NCBI RefSeq assembly: GCF_003334815.1
Contig: NZ_QOWO01000007.1
Direction: 5' to 3' (one strand)
Origin: Escherichia coli
GTDB lineage: Bacteria; Pseudomonadota; Gammaproteobacteria; Enterobacterales; Enterobacteriaceae
DNA: 64,000 nucleotides
Part shown: positions 31,484 through 40,616 of the stretch, in pieces
Numbering within the stretch: position 1 is the stretch's first letter
Layout of the letters: each line of letters opens with the position of its first letter
Made by a program: the position numbers and the translations under genes
Notes under the pieces: generated by a model
Told to the model about the DNA's origin: nothing
Seen by the model: the letters and a program-made list of their open reading frames with translations, nothing else
Database searches by the model: none

Positions 31484-32869
31484 TTACGTTTCACTCACCG
31501 GCGTTCTGTCACCATCATACAACGGCACTTTGCGATAGCGGCGGATCAGATACCATAAATATGCGCCGCCTAACGAAGCCCATACCAGACCGAGTGTCAG
31601 TGACGTTGACTCGAGGTTAACCCACAGCACACCCACCGTCAGCGCGCCAACCAGCGGCATCAGCAAATAGTGGAAGTGATCCTTCCAGCTTTTATTCATT
31701 CCTTTACGCCGCCAGAAATGATTAAACACCGACAGATTCACGAAGGTAAACGCCACCAGAGCACCGAAGTTAATTAACGCTGTGGCGGTAACTAAATCGA
31801 AGAACAGCGCCGACAACGCGACAATCCCGACCATAATGACGTTGAGTGCCGGAGTCCGCCATTTTGGGTGCACATAGCCAAACACGCGCTCCGGAAACAC
31901 ATTGTCACGCCCCATCACATACAGCAGACGCGACACGCTGGCATGTGAAGCCAGGCCAGAGGCTAACGTGTTCACAAACGTGGTGCAGAGGAAAATCGAC
32001 TGGAAGAGCTTGCCGCCGACGTACAGCGCAATTTCAGGCAGTGCGGCATCCGGATCTTTAAAGCGGCTGATATCGGGAAAGAACAGCTGCATAAAGAACG
32101 ACGCCGCGATAAAGATAACGCCACCGTAGACCGCCGTCAGGAAGATGGCTTTCGGGATCACGCGTGCGGCGTCCGGCGTCTCTTCCGAAAGCGTGGTCAC
32201 CGCATCGAAACCGAGGAAGGAGAAACAGACAATCGTCGCCCCGGTAATAATCGGGATCAGGTGCGCGTTCTCGCTGATAAACGGCTGAAGTGACCAGACG
32301 GTGCCAACGCCTTCTCCTTTATGCAGTCCCTGAACTACCAGGAAGATAAACACCACCATGATGGAGATTTGCACCAGTACAAACAGGGTATTGAAGTTAG
32401 CGACCAGGTTGACGCTCTTCAGATTCGCGGCGGTTAAAATGGCGACGAAGGTTACCACCCACACCCACGGCGGCACTTCCGGGAAGAGGGCGGAGAGATA
32501 GATTTTCGCCAACAAGACGTTAATCATCGGCAAAAAGAGATAATCCAGCAGCGATGACCAGCCGACCATAAATCCGACGTGCGGGTTAATCGACTTTTGC
32601 GCGTAGGTATAGGCCGAACCGGCCTCCGGAAACTGGCGAACCAGTTTGCCGTAGCTGATAGCGGTAAACAGCACACCCGCCAGCGCCAGCAAATAGGACG
32701 CCGGAACGTGACCGTCGCTAATGCCGGAGACAATACCAAAAGTATCAAATACGGTCATCGGCGTGAGATAGGCCAGACCCATCATCACCACCTGCCACAA
32801 TTTCAGTGATTTTCGCAGACGGGTTTTGCCGGGTTGCGCAGCAATATTCAGTGGTGAATTAATAGCCAT
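31484..32869 (-). CDS. puuP: Putrescine importer PuuP (APC superfamily)
   Basis: 461 aa from ATG 32869 (SD ggagg), starting [31 protein letters not shown]..., 12-TM type. The track start at 32923 is an extension. Confidence 0.94.
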
Positions 32870-33156
32870 AATTGCTGCCTCCCCTGCGTAATAAGGTTTG
32901 CGGTCGTGTCGACCTGAAATCAAACCTGTTTAGCAAGGGAAGCAAAGGGGGCGGAGTCCAGTCAGTAGCAGGAGGGGCGCATACGCAGCCTCCCTCGCCA
33001 TGCGGGGATTTAATCATCGGCATTATCTCATTTCCTCGTCACAGTCTTAATCGTTAACGGAAGCCCGTTGCCGCCCGCGCTCCATAACGCGACATCCGGG
33101 AAATGTCTGGATTACCAGCAAATGTCAGGCCTGGCTCCGCTCAGGCCGATGAAACA

Positions 33157-33170
33157 ACCCCGCAAGGGGT
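33157..33170 (-). terminator. Short GC hairpin directly after the puuA stop (possible attenuator/terminator before puuP)
   Basis: Minus strand: accccttgcggggt followed by tgtttcat. A second stem, ggcctg...caggcc, lies at 33128-33147. Confidence 0.4.
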
Positions 33171-33171
33171 A

Positions 33172-34590
33172 TTACGCGTTTTTCAACATCCACTCAATTT
33201 CTGTTTCTGTGATGAGGCGCTCAAACTGCAACAGCTCATCATTTTTACAGGCGTGATAGACATGGCAGAAGCGTTCGCCTAAATAGCGGCGCAGGTGATC
33301 ATTCTCGATAAACTCACCCAGGGCATCGCTCTGGCGAATCGGAAAGGGTAAGCCTTCCTGTTCCAGCCCGTTGCCTTCGACTTCTTCCTGCAACGGCAGC
33401 TCGTTATCAAGGCCATGCAAAATACCGGCAAAAATCGCTGCCATCACCAGATATGGGTTGGCATCGGCACCCGCCACGCGATATTCCACGCGGTGATTAT
33501 GACGGTCGCCGCACGGAATACGCAGGGCGACGGTGCGGTTGTTATGGCCCCACGACGCCTGCGTCGGCACATACATTCCCGGCTGGAAGCGGCGATACGA
33601 GTTCACGTTTGGTGCCAGCAACGCCATCGACGACGGCATCAGGTCAATCATCCCGGCGAGCATCTTTTTCAGCAGCGGCGAATCTTCGCCTTCCGCGTCA
33701 GAAAGCACGTTCTCGCCACGATTATTTTGCATACTGATATGGATATGCATTCCGCTGCCCGCGTGCTCTTCATACGGCTTCGCCATAAAAGTGGCGTGCA
33801 TCTTATGCTTTTCTGCCATCAGACGCACCAGGCGTTTTAGTGCCAGCGCATCATCGCAGGCTTCCAGCACGTTATCAGTATGGTAAAGGTTGATTTCAAA
33901 CTGACCCGGCGAGGCCTCAGCGACCGCGCCATCTGCCGGAATCAGCTGTAACTGCGCCAGTTCATCAATATCATTGAGCACGTCGGCGAAGTGGTTGAGG
34001 TTATCAACGGAGTAAACCTGGCTTTGTGTATTGCGGTCATCGGTGCCAGGCGCGCAGGGCGGTTGCAGATACCCTTCAGCGTCGCGCTGGCGATCCAGTA
34101 AATAGAACTCCAGCTCTACCGCTACGACCGGGAACAATCCGCGCTGGCGCAGCTGCTGCCACAGGCGGTTAAGAACGTTCCGCGGCTCAACGTCAAAGGG
34201 AGCGCCATCTTCATCGACCATGGTCAGGAGCATCTGACCGATAAACTCTGGATCGGCGGCAGAAGGAGTTAAGGAACCGAGAACAGGAACACAGGTACGA
34301 TCCGGCTCGCCCATTTCCTGACCCAGACCTGCTTCTTCTACTACGTTGCCCAGAATATCCATTGCAAATACCGAGGCCGGGAAATAACACCCTTTCTCGA
34401 GCTTCTTCAGGCTTGAAACAGGAATACGCTTTCCACGGAAGCAACCATTTAAATCGGTAAGTAAAACATCAACATATTGCGTATTCGGGTAGCGCTCCAG
34501 GTAGCGTTTCACTTCCTGCGTAAAGGCGCTACCCCGCCTCTCTTCTGACTGCTGAACAAAGTTCTCTACTTCAACGATATTGGTTTCCAT
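33172..34590 (-). CDS. puuA: Gamma-glutamylputrescine synthetase PuuA (glutamine synthetase family)
   Basis: 472 aa from ATG 34590 (METNIVEVENFVQQSEERRG...), with a GS-type catalytic domain. The track start at 34668 is an extension. Confidence 0.95.
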   Translation of the reverse strand: METNIVEVENFVQQSEERRGSAFTQEVKRYLERYPNTQYVDVLLTDLNGCFRGKRIPVSSLKKLEKGCYFPASVFAMDILGNVVEEAGLGQEMGEPDRTCVPVLGSLTPSAADPEFIGQMLLTMVDEDGAPFDVEPRNVLNRLWQQLRQRGLFPVVAVELEFYLLDRQRDAEGYLQPPCAPGTDDRNTQSQVYSVDNLNHFADVLNDIDELAQLQLIPADGAVAEASPGQFEINLYHTDNVLEACDDALALKRLVRLMAEKHKMHATFMAKPYEEHAGSGMHIHISMQNNRGENVLSDAEGEDSPLLKKMLAGMIDLMPSSMALLAPNVNSYRRFQPGMYVPTQASWGHNNRTVALRIPCGDRHNHRVEYRVAGADANPYLVMAAIFAGILHGLDNELPLQEEVEGNGLEQEGLPFPIRQSDALGEFIENDHLRRYLGERFCHVYHACKNDELLQFERLITETEIEWMLKNA

Positions 34591-34633
34591 GATTCTTCGC
34601 CTTTGGTTTGTTTTCCGCTCGTTATCAAAGCGT

Positions 34634-34648
34634 AAAATATAATGACCA
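34634..34648 (+). promoter_or_regulatory. PuuR-type operator motif copy (aaaatataatgacca)
   Basis: 14/15 identical to the copy at 34806-34820. It lies in the puuA-puuD divergent control region, and a further related copy is at about 34731-34743 (aaaatattgaaca). Confidence 0.5.
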
Positions 34649-34801
34649 CCATTCGAATCTGTATGCAAACTAAATGTTTGTCAAATGTTAAATTGAGTTT
34701 GCAAAAATGAAAACCCACTGCTAGATTGAAAAAATATTGAACATAAAGGTCATTTAAAGCGCAGTAATGGCGATAATTTAGTCCACTTTGTGAGATTGAG
34801 C

Positions 34802-35566
34802 ATGGAAAATATAATGAACAATCCGGTTATCGGTGTCGTAATGTGCAGGAACAGGCTTAAGGGTCATGCGACCCAGACTCTGCAAGAAAAGTACCTGAAT
34901 GCCATCATCCATGCAGGCGGCTTGCCTATTGCGCTACCACATGCGCTGGCGGAACCGTCATTACTTGAACAACTTTTGCCGAAACTCGATGGCATTTATC
35001 TTCCTGGTAGTCCCAGCAATGTGCAGCCGCACCTATATGGTGAAAACGGCGATGAGCCTGACGCCGATCCCGGGCGTGATCTTCTGAGCATGGCGATAAT
35101 TAATGCCGCACTCGAAAGGCGCATCCCCATTTTCGCCATCTGCCGGGGTTTACAAGAACTGGTGGTGGCAACCGGTGGTTCGTTGCATCGCAAGCTGTGC
35201 GAACAGCCTGAATTGCTGGAACATCGGGAAGATCCCGAACTGCCGGTGGAACAGCAATATGCACCGTCGCATGAAGTTCAGGTTGAAGAGGGGGGATTAC
35301 TGTCTGCGTTGTTACCTGAATGTAGCAACTTTTGGGTAAACTCTCTACATGGACAAGGGGCGAAGGTCGTTAGCCCACGGTTGCGTGTTGAAGCTCGCTC
35401 GCCGGATGGCTTAGTTGAGGCGGTTAGCGTCATCAATCATCCTTTTGCGCTGGGCGTACAGTGGCACCCGGAATGGAACAGTAGCGAGTACGCGCTTTCG
35501 CGTATATTGTTCGAGGGCTTTATCACCGCTTGTCAGCACCATATCGCTGAAAAACAGCGACTCTGA
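34802..35566 (+). CDS. puuD: Gamma-glutamyl-GABA hydrolase PuuD (class I amidotransferase-like, C26)
   Basis: 254 aa from ATG 34802 (MENIMNNPVIGVVMC...), with nucleophile region FAICRGLQ and GVQWHPE. Confidence 0.94.
   Translation: MENIMNNPVIGVVMCRNRLKGHATQTLQEKYLNAIIHAGGLPIALPHALAEPSLLEQLLPKLDGIYLPGSPSNVQPHLYGENGDEPDADPGRDLLSMAIINAALERRIPIFAICRGLQELVVATGGSLHRKLCEQPELLEHREDPELPVEQQYAPSHEVQVEEGGLLSALLPECSNFWVNSLHGQGAKVVSPRLRVEARSPDGLVEAVSVINHPFALGVQWHPEWNSSEYALSRILFEGFITACQHHIAEKQRL
34806..34820 (+). promoter_or_regulatory. PuuR-type operator motif copy (aaaatataatgaaca) overlapping the first codons of puuD
   Basis: The exact string AAAATATAATGAACA is the sequence I recall as the published PuuR recognition motif. 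Confidence 0.5.
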
Positions 35567-35592
35567 CCACTACAGTTTAAGGAAATGCAAAT

Positions 35593-36150
35593 ATGAGTGA
35601 TGAGGGACTGGCGCCAGGAAAACGCTTGTCGGAAATCCGCCAGCAGCAGGGGCTTTCACAACGTCGTGCCGCCGAACTCTCCGGGCTGACTCACAGTGCT
35701 ATCAGTACGATAGAACAAGATAAAGTCAGCCCTGCCATCAGTACGCTGCAAAAGCTGCTGAAGGTGTATGGTCTGTCACTCTCGGAATTCTTTTCCGAGC
35801 CGGAAAAACCTGATGAGCCGCAGGTCGTCATTAATCAGGACGACTTAATTGAGATGGGTAGTCAGGGTGTGTCAATGAAGCTGGTTCATAACGGTAACCC
35901 GAATCGCACGCTGGCGATGATCTTTGAAACGTACCAGCCGGGCACAACCACTGGGGAAAGAATTAAGCATCAGGGTGAGGAAATAGGCACTGTACTGGAA
36001 GGTGAAATTGTTCTGACGATTAATGGTCAGGATTACCACCTCGTCGCGGGGCAAAGTTATGCCATTAATACCGGCATCCCGCACAGTTTCAGTAATACGT
36101 CGGCAGGTATTTGCCGAATTATCAGCGCCCATACGCCCACCACGTTTTAA
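35593..36150 (+). CDS. puuR: Repressor PuuR (XRE-type HTH + cupin sensor domain)
   Basis: 185-aa ORF with HTH LSEIRQQQGLSQRRAAELSGLTHSAISTIEQDK and a C-terminal cupin domain. Confidence 0.94.
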   Translation: MSDEGLAPGKRLSEIRQQQGLSQRRAAELSGLTHSAISTIEQDKVSPAISTLQKLLKVYGLSLSEFFSEPEKPDEPQVVINQDDLIEMGSQGVSMKLVHNGNPNRTLAMIFETYQPGTTTGERIKHQGEEIGTVLEGEIVLTINGQDYHLVAGQSYAINTGIPHSFSNTSAGICRIISAHTPTTF

Positions 36151-36195
36151 TCTTTTTGTTCTGTAAGCCGGGTAAGCGCAATGCGCCCGGCAATC

Positions 36196-36322
36196 TATAC
36201 ACAAAATCATTCAAGTTGCATCAAGGCGGCAAGTGAGCGAATCCCGATGAGCTTACTCAGGTAAGTGATTCGGGGGAGCGAACGCAGCCAAGGCAGAGGC
36301 GGCTTGAAGGATGAAGTGTATA
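36196..36322. repeat. ERIC / IRU element (about 127 bp) in the puuR-puuC spacer
   Basis: It has terminal inverted ends tatacac...gtgtata. The core gcgaatcccgatgagcttactcaggtaagtgattcgggggagcg matches the ERIC1R/ERIC2 primer regions (GTGAATCCCCAGGAGCTTACAT / AAGTAAGTGACTGGGGTGAGCG) at most positions. Confidence 0.8.
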
Positions 36323-36424
36323 TAAAGAATGTCGCCAGAAATAAACGGGCATACGGCCCGGGGATCTCTGCGCCCTGACGTTCACAAACTGCATATATCT
36401 GATAGACGTGAAACAGGAGTCATA

Positions 36425-37912
36425 ATGAATTTTCATCATCTGGCTTACTGGCAGGATAAAGCGTTAAGTCTCGCCATTGAAAACCGCTTATTTATTAACG
36501 GTGAATATACTGCTGCGGCGGAAAATGAAACCTTTGAAACCGTTGATCCGGTCACCCAGGCACCGCTGGCGAAAATTGCCCGCGGCAAGAGCGTCGATAT
36601 CGACCGTGCGATGAGCGCAGCACGCGGCGTATTTGAACGCGGCGACTGGTCACTCTCTTCTCCGGCTAAACGTAAAGCGGTACTGAATAAACTCGCCGAT
36701 TTAATGGAAGCCCACGCCGAAGAGCTGGCACTGCTGGAAACTCTCGACACCGGCAAACCGATTCGTCACAGTCTGCGTGATGATATTCCCGGCGCGGCGC
36801 GCGCCATTCGCTGGTACGCCGAAGCGATCGACAAAGTGTATGGCGAAGTGGCGACCACCAGTAGCCATGAGCTGGCGATGATCGTGCGTGAACCGGTCGG
36901 CGTGATTGCCGCCATCGTGCCGTGGAACTTCCCGCTGTTGCTGACTTGCTGGAAACTCGGCCCGGCGCTGGCGGCGGGAAACAGCGTGATTCTAAAACCG
37001 TCTGAAAAATCACCGCTCAGTGCGATTCGTCTCGCGGGGCTGGCGAAAGAAGCAGGCTTGCCGGATGGTGTGTTGAACGTGGTGACGGGTTTTGGTCATG
37101 AAGCCGGGCAGGCGCTGTCGCGTCATAACGATATCGACGCCATTGCCTTTACCGGTTCAACCCGTACCGGGAAACAGCTGCTGAAAGATGCGGGCGACAG
37201 CAACATGAAACGCGTCTGGCTGGAAGCGGGCGGCAAAAGCGCCAACATCGTTTTCGCTGACTGCCCGGATTTGCAACAGGCGGCAAGCGCCACCGCAGCA
37301 GGCATTTTCTACAACCAGGGACAGGTTTGCATCGCCGGAACGCGCCTGTTGCTGGAAGAGAGCATCGCCGATGAATTCTTAGCCCTGTTAAAACAGCAGG
37401 CGCAAAACTGGCAGCCGGGCCATCCACTTGATCCCGCAACCACCATGGGCACCTTAATCGACTGCGCCCACGCCGACTCGGTCCATAGCTTTATTCGGGA
37501 AGGCGAAAGCAAAGGGCAACTGTTGTTGGATGGCCGTAACGCCGGGCTGGCTGCCGCCATCGGCCCGACCATCTTTGTGGATGTGGACCCGAATGCGTCC
37601 TTAAGTCGCGAAGAGATTTTCGGTCCGGTGCTGGTGGTCACGCGTTTCACATCAGAAGAACAGGCGCTACAGCTTGCCAACGACAGCCAGTACGGCCTTG
37701 GCGCGGCGGTATGGACGCGCGACCTCTCCCGCGCGCACCGCATGAGCCGACGCCTGAAAGCCGGTTCCGTCTTCGTCAATAACTACAACGACGGCGATAT
37801 GACCGTGCCGTTTGGCGGCTATAAGCAGAGCGGCAACGGTCGCGACAAATCCCTGCATGCCCTTGAAAAATTCACTGAACTGAAAACCATCTGGATAAGC
37901 CTGGAGGCCTGA
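36425..37912 (+). CDS. puuC: Gamma-glutamyl-gamma-aminobutyraldehyde dehydrogenase PuuC (ALDH family)
   Basis: 495 aa from ATG 36425 (SD aggag), with ALDH catalytic Glu (LEAGGKSA) and Cys (GQVCIAGTR). The track start at 36329 lies inside the ERIC spacer. Confidence 0.94.
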   Translation: MNFHHLAYWQDKALSLAIENRLFINGEYTAAAENETFETVDPVTQAPLAKIARGKSVDIDRAMSAARGVFERGDWSLSSPAKRKAVLNKLADLMEAHAEELALLETLDTGKPIRHSLRDDIPGAARAIRWYAEAIDKVYGEVATTSSHELAMIVREPVGVIAAIVPWNFPLLLTCWKLGPALAAGNSVILKPSEKSPLSAIRLAGLAKEAGLPDGVLNVVTGFGHEAGQALSRHNDIDAIAFTGSTRTGKQLLKDAGDSNMKRVWLEAGGKSANIVFADCPDLQQAASATAAGIFYNQGQVCIAGTRLLLEESIADEFLALLKQQAQNWQPGHPLDPATTMGTLIDCAHADSVHSFIREGESKGQLLLDGRNAGLAAAIGPTIFVDVDPNASLSREEIFGPVLVVTRFTSEEQALQLANDSQYGLGAAVWTRDLSRAHRMSRRLKAGSVFVNNYNDGDMTVPFGGYKQSGNGRDKSLHALEKFTELKTIWISLEA

Positions 37913-37913
37913 A

Positions 37914-39194
37914 ATGACCGAACATACCAGCAGTTACTACGCCGCCAGTGCGAATAAATATGCACCATTCGACACGCTGAATGAGTCAATCACCTGCGAC
38001 GTTTGCGTGGTTGGCGGCGGCTATACCGGGCTCTCCTCCGCGCTGCATCTGGCGGAAGCGGGCTTTGACGTAGTGGTTCTCGAAGCCTCACGCATCGGCT
38101 TTGGCGCAAGCGGGCGCAATGGCGGACAGCTTGTGAACTCCTACAGCCGCGACATCGACGTGATCGAAAAAAGCTACGGCATGGACACCGCCCGTATGCT
38201 CGGCAGCATGATGTTCGAAGGTGGTGAGATCATCCGCGAACGTATCAAACGTTATCAGATTGACTGCGACTACCGCCCCGGCGGCCTGTTTGTGGCGATG
38301 AATGATAAACAGCTCGCCACACTTGAAGAGCAGAAAGAGAACTGGGAACGCTACGGCAATAAACAGCTGGAATTGCTGGACGCCAACGCCATTCGCCGTG
38401 AAGTAGCCAGCGATCGCTATACCGGTGCGCTGCTGGATCACAGCGGTGGGCATATTCATCCGCTAAACCTTGCCATTGGCGAAGCGGACGCCATCCGCCT
38501 CAACGGCGGGCGCGTGTATGAACTTTCTGCCGTGACGCAGATCCAGCACACCACGCCAGCCGTTGTGCGAACTGCCAAAGGTCAGGTGACGGCGAAGTAT
38601 GTGATTGTCGCCGGGAATGCGTATCTGGGCGATAAAGTAGAGCCGGAACTGGCGAAACGCAGCATGCCGTGCGGCACGCAGGTGATCACCACCGAACGGC
38701 TGTCGGAAGATTTAGCCCGTTCGCTGATCCCGAAAAACTACTGTGTGGAAGACTGTAACTATCTGCTTGATTACTACCGTCTTACCGCCGACAACCGCCT
38801 GCTGTACGGCGGCGGCGTGGTCTACGGCGCGCGCGACCCGGATGACGTTGAGCGCCTTGTGGTGCCGAAACTGCTGAAAACCTTCCCGCAGCTGAAGGGC
38901 GTGAAAATTGATTACCGCTGGACGGGCAACTTCCTGCTGACCCTGTCGCGTATGCCGCAGTTTGGTCGCCTCGATACCAACATCTATTACATGCAGGGCT
39001 ACAGCGGCCACGGCGTGACCTGTACTCATCTAGCCGGACGTTTGATTGCCGAACTGCTGCGCGGCGACGCCGAACGTTTCGATGCCTTCGCCAATCTGCC
39101 GCATTACCCGTTCCCCGGCGGGCGCACGCTGCGTGTGCCGTTTACCGCGATGGGCGCGGCGTATTACAGCCTGCGCGATCGTCTGGGCGTTTAA
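37914..39194 (+). CDS. puuB: Gamma-glutamylputrescine oxidase PuuB (FAD-dependent)
   Basis: 426-aa ORF with dinucleotide-binding motif VCVVGGGYTGLSSA, DAO family. Confidence 0.94.
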   Translation: MTEHTSSYYAASANKYAPFDTLNESITCDVCVVGGGYTGLSSALHLAEAGFDVVVLEASRIGFGASGRNGGQLVNSYSRDIDVIEKSYGMDTARMLGSMMFEGGEIIRERIKRYQIDCDYRPGGLFVAMNDKQLATLEEQKENWERYGNKQLELLDANAIRREVASDRYTGALLDHSGGHIHPLNLAIGEADAIRLNGGRVYELSAVTQIQHTTPAVVRTAKGQVTAKYVIVAGNAYLGDKVEPELAKRSMPCGTQVITTERLSEDLARSLIPKNYCVEDCNYLLDYYRLTADNRLLYGGGVVYGARDPDDVERLVVPKLLKTFPQLKGVKIDYRWTGNFLLTLSRMPQFGRLDTNIYYMQGYSGHGVTCTHLAGRLIAELLRGDAERFDAFANLPHYPFPGGRTLRVPFTAMGAAYYSLRDRLGV

Positions 39195-39231
39195 TTTCCG
39201 ATTAACCGTGAAGAGTCAAAAGGTGTGAAAC

Positions 39232-40497
39232 ATGAGCAACAATGAATTCCATCAGCGTCGTCTTTCTGCCACTCCGCGCGGGGTTGGCGTGATGTGTAAC
39301 TTCTTCGCCCAGTCGGCTGAAAACGCCACGCTGAAGGATGTTGAGGGCAACGAGTACATCGATTTCGCCGCAGGCATTGCGGTGCTGAATACCGGACATC
39401 GCCACCCTGATCTGGTCGCGGCGGTGGAGCAGCAACTGCAACAGTTTACCCACACCGCGTATCAGATTGTGCCGTATGAAAGCTACGTCACCCTGGCGGA
39501 GAAAATCAACGCCCTTGCCCCGGTGAGCGGGCAGGCCAAAACCGCGTTCTTCACCACCGGTGCGGAAGCGGTGGAAAACGCGGTGAAAATTGCTCGCGCC
39601 CATACCGGACGCCCTGGCGTGATTGCGTTTAGCGGCGGCTTTCACGGTCGTACGTATATGACCATGGCGCTGACCGGAAAAGTTGCGCCGTACAAAATCG
39701 GCTTCGGCCCGTTCCCTAGTTCGGTGTATCACGTACCTTATCCGTCAGATTTACACGGCATTTCAACACAGGACTCCCTCGACGCCATCGAACGCTTGTT
39801 TAAATCAGACATCGAAGCGAAGCAGGTGGCGGCGATTATTTTCGAACCGGTGCAGGGCGAGGGCGGTTTCAACGTTGCGCCAAAAGAGCTGGTTGCCGCT
39901 ATTCGCCGCCTGTGCGACGAGCACGGTATTGTGATGATTGCTGATGAAGTGCAAAGCGGCTTTGCGCGTACCGGTAAGCTGTTTGCCATGGATCATTACG
40001 CCGATAAGCCGGATTTAATGACGATGGCGAAAAGCCTCGCGGGCGGGATGCCGCTTTCGGGCGTGGTCGGTAACGCGAATATTATGGACGCACCCGCGCC
40101 GGGCGGGCTTGGCGGCACCTACGCCGGTAACCCGCTGGCGGTGGCTGCCGCGCACGCGGTGCTCAACATTATCGACAAAGAATCACTCTGCGAACGCGCG
40201 AATCAACTGGGCCAGCGTCTCAAAAACACGTTGATTGATGCCAAAGAAAGCGTTCCGGCCATTGCTGCGGTACGCGGCCTGGGGTCGATGATTGCGGTAG
40301 AGTTTAACGATCCGCAAACGGGCGAGCCGTCAGCGGCGATTGCACAGAAAATCCAGCAACGCGCGCTGGCGCAGGGGCTGCTCCTGCTGACCTGTGGCGC
40401 ATACGGCAACGTGATTCGCTTCCTGTATCCGCTGACCATCCCGGATGCGCAATTCGATGCGGCAATGAAAATTTTGCAGGATGCGCTGAGCGATTAA
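39232..40497 (+). CDS. puuE: 4-aminobutyrate aminotransferase PuuE (class III PLP enzyme)
   Basis: 421-aa ORF with class III aminotransferase motifs and PLP-Lys region DLMTMAKSLAGG. Confidence 0.94.
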   Translation: MSNNEFHQRRLSATPRGVGVMCNFFAQSAENATLKDVEGNEYIDFAAGIAVLNTGHRHPDLVAAVEQQLQQFTHTAYQIVPYESYVTLAEKINALAPVSGQAKTAFFTTGAEAVENAVKIARAHTGRPGVIAFSGGFHGRTYMTMALTGKVAPYKIGFGPFPSSVYHVPYPSDLHGISTQDSLDAIERLFKSDIEAKQVAAIIFEPVQGEGGFNVAPKELVAAIRRLCDEHGIVMIADEVQSGFARTGKLFAMDHYADKPDLMTMAKSLAGGMPLSGVVGNANIMDAPAPGGLGGTYAGNPLAVAAAHAVLNIIDKESLCERANQLGQRLKNTLIDAKESVPAIAAVRGLGSMIAVEFNDPQTGEPSAAIAQKIQQRALAQGLLLLTCGAYGNVIRFLYPLTIPDAQFDAAMKILQDALSD

Positions 40498-40515
40498 TAG
40501 CCCAAGGCAATAATG

Positions 40516-40597
40516 TCTGATGCGCTGCGCTTATCAGGCCTGCAAACGACGTATTGATTATGTATGCCGAATAAAGCATTCACGCCGCATCCGGCAA
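40516..40597. repeat. BIME: two inverted REP units downstream of convergent puuE and pspF
   Basis: The two units are tctgatgcgctgcgcttatcaggcctgc and atgccgaataaagcattcacgccgcatccggcaag (REP consensus in opposite orientation). Confidence 0.8.
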
Positions 40598-40616
40598 GTT
40601 GTATTGCTCAACTTCG

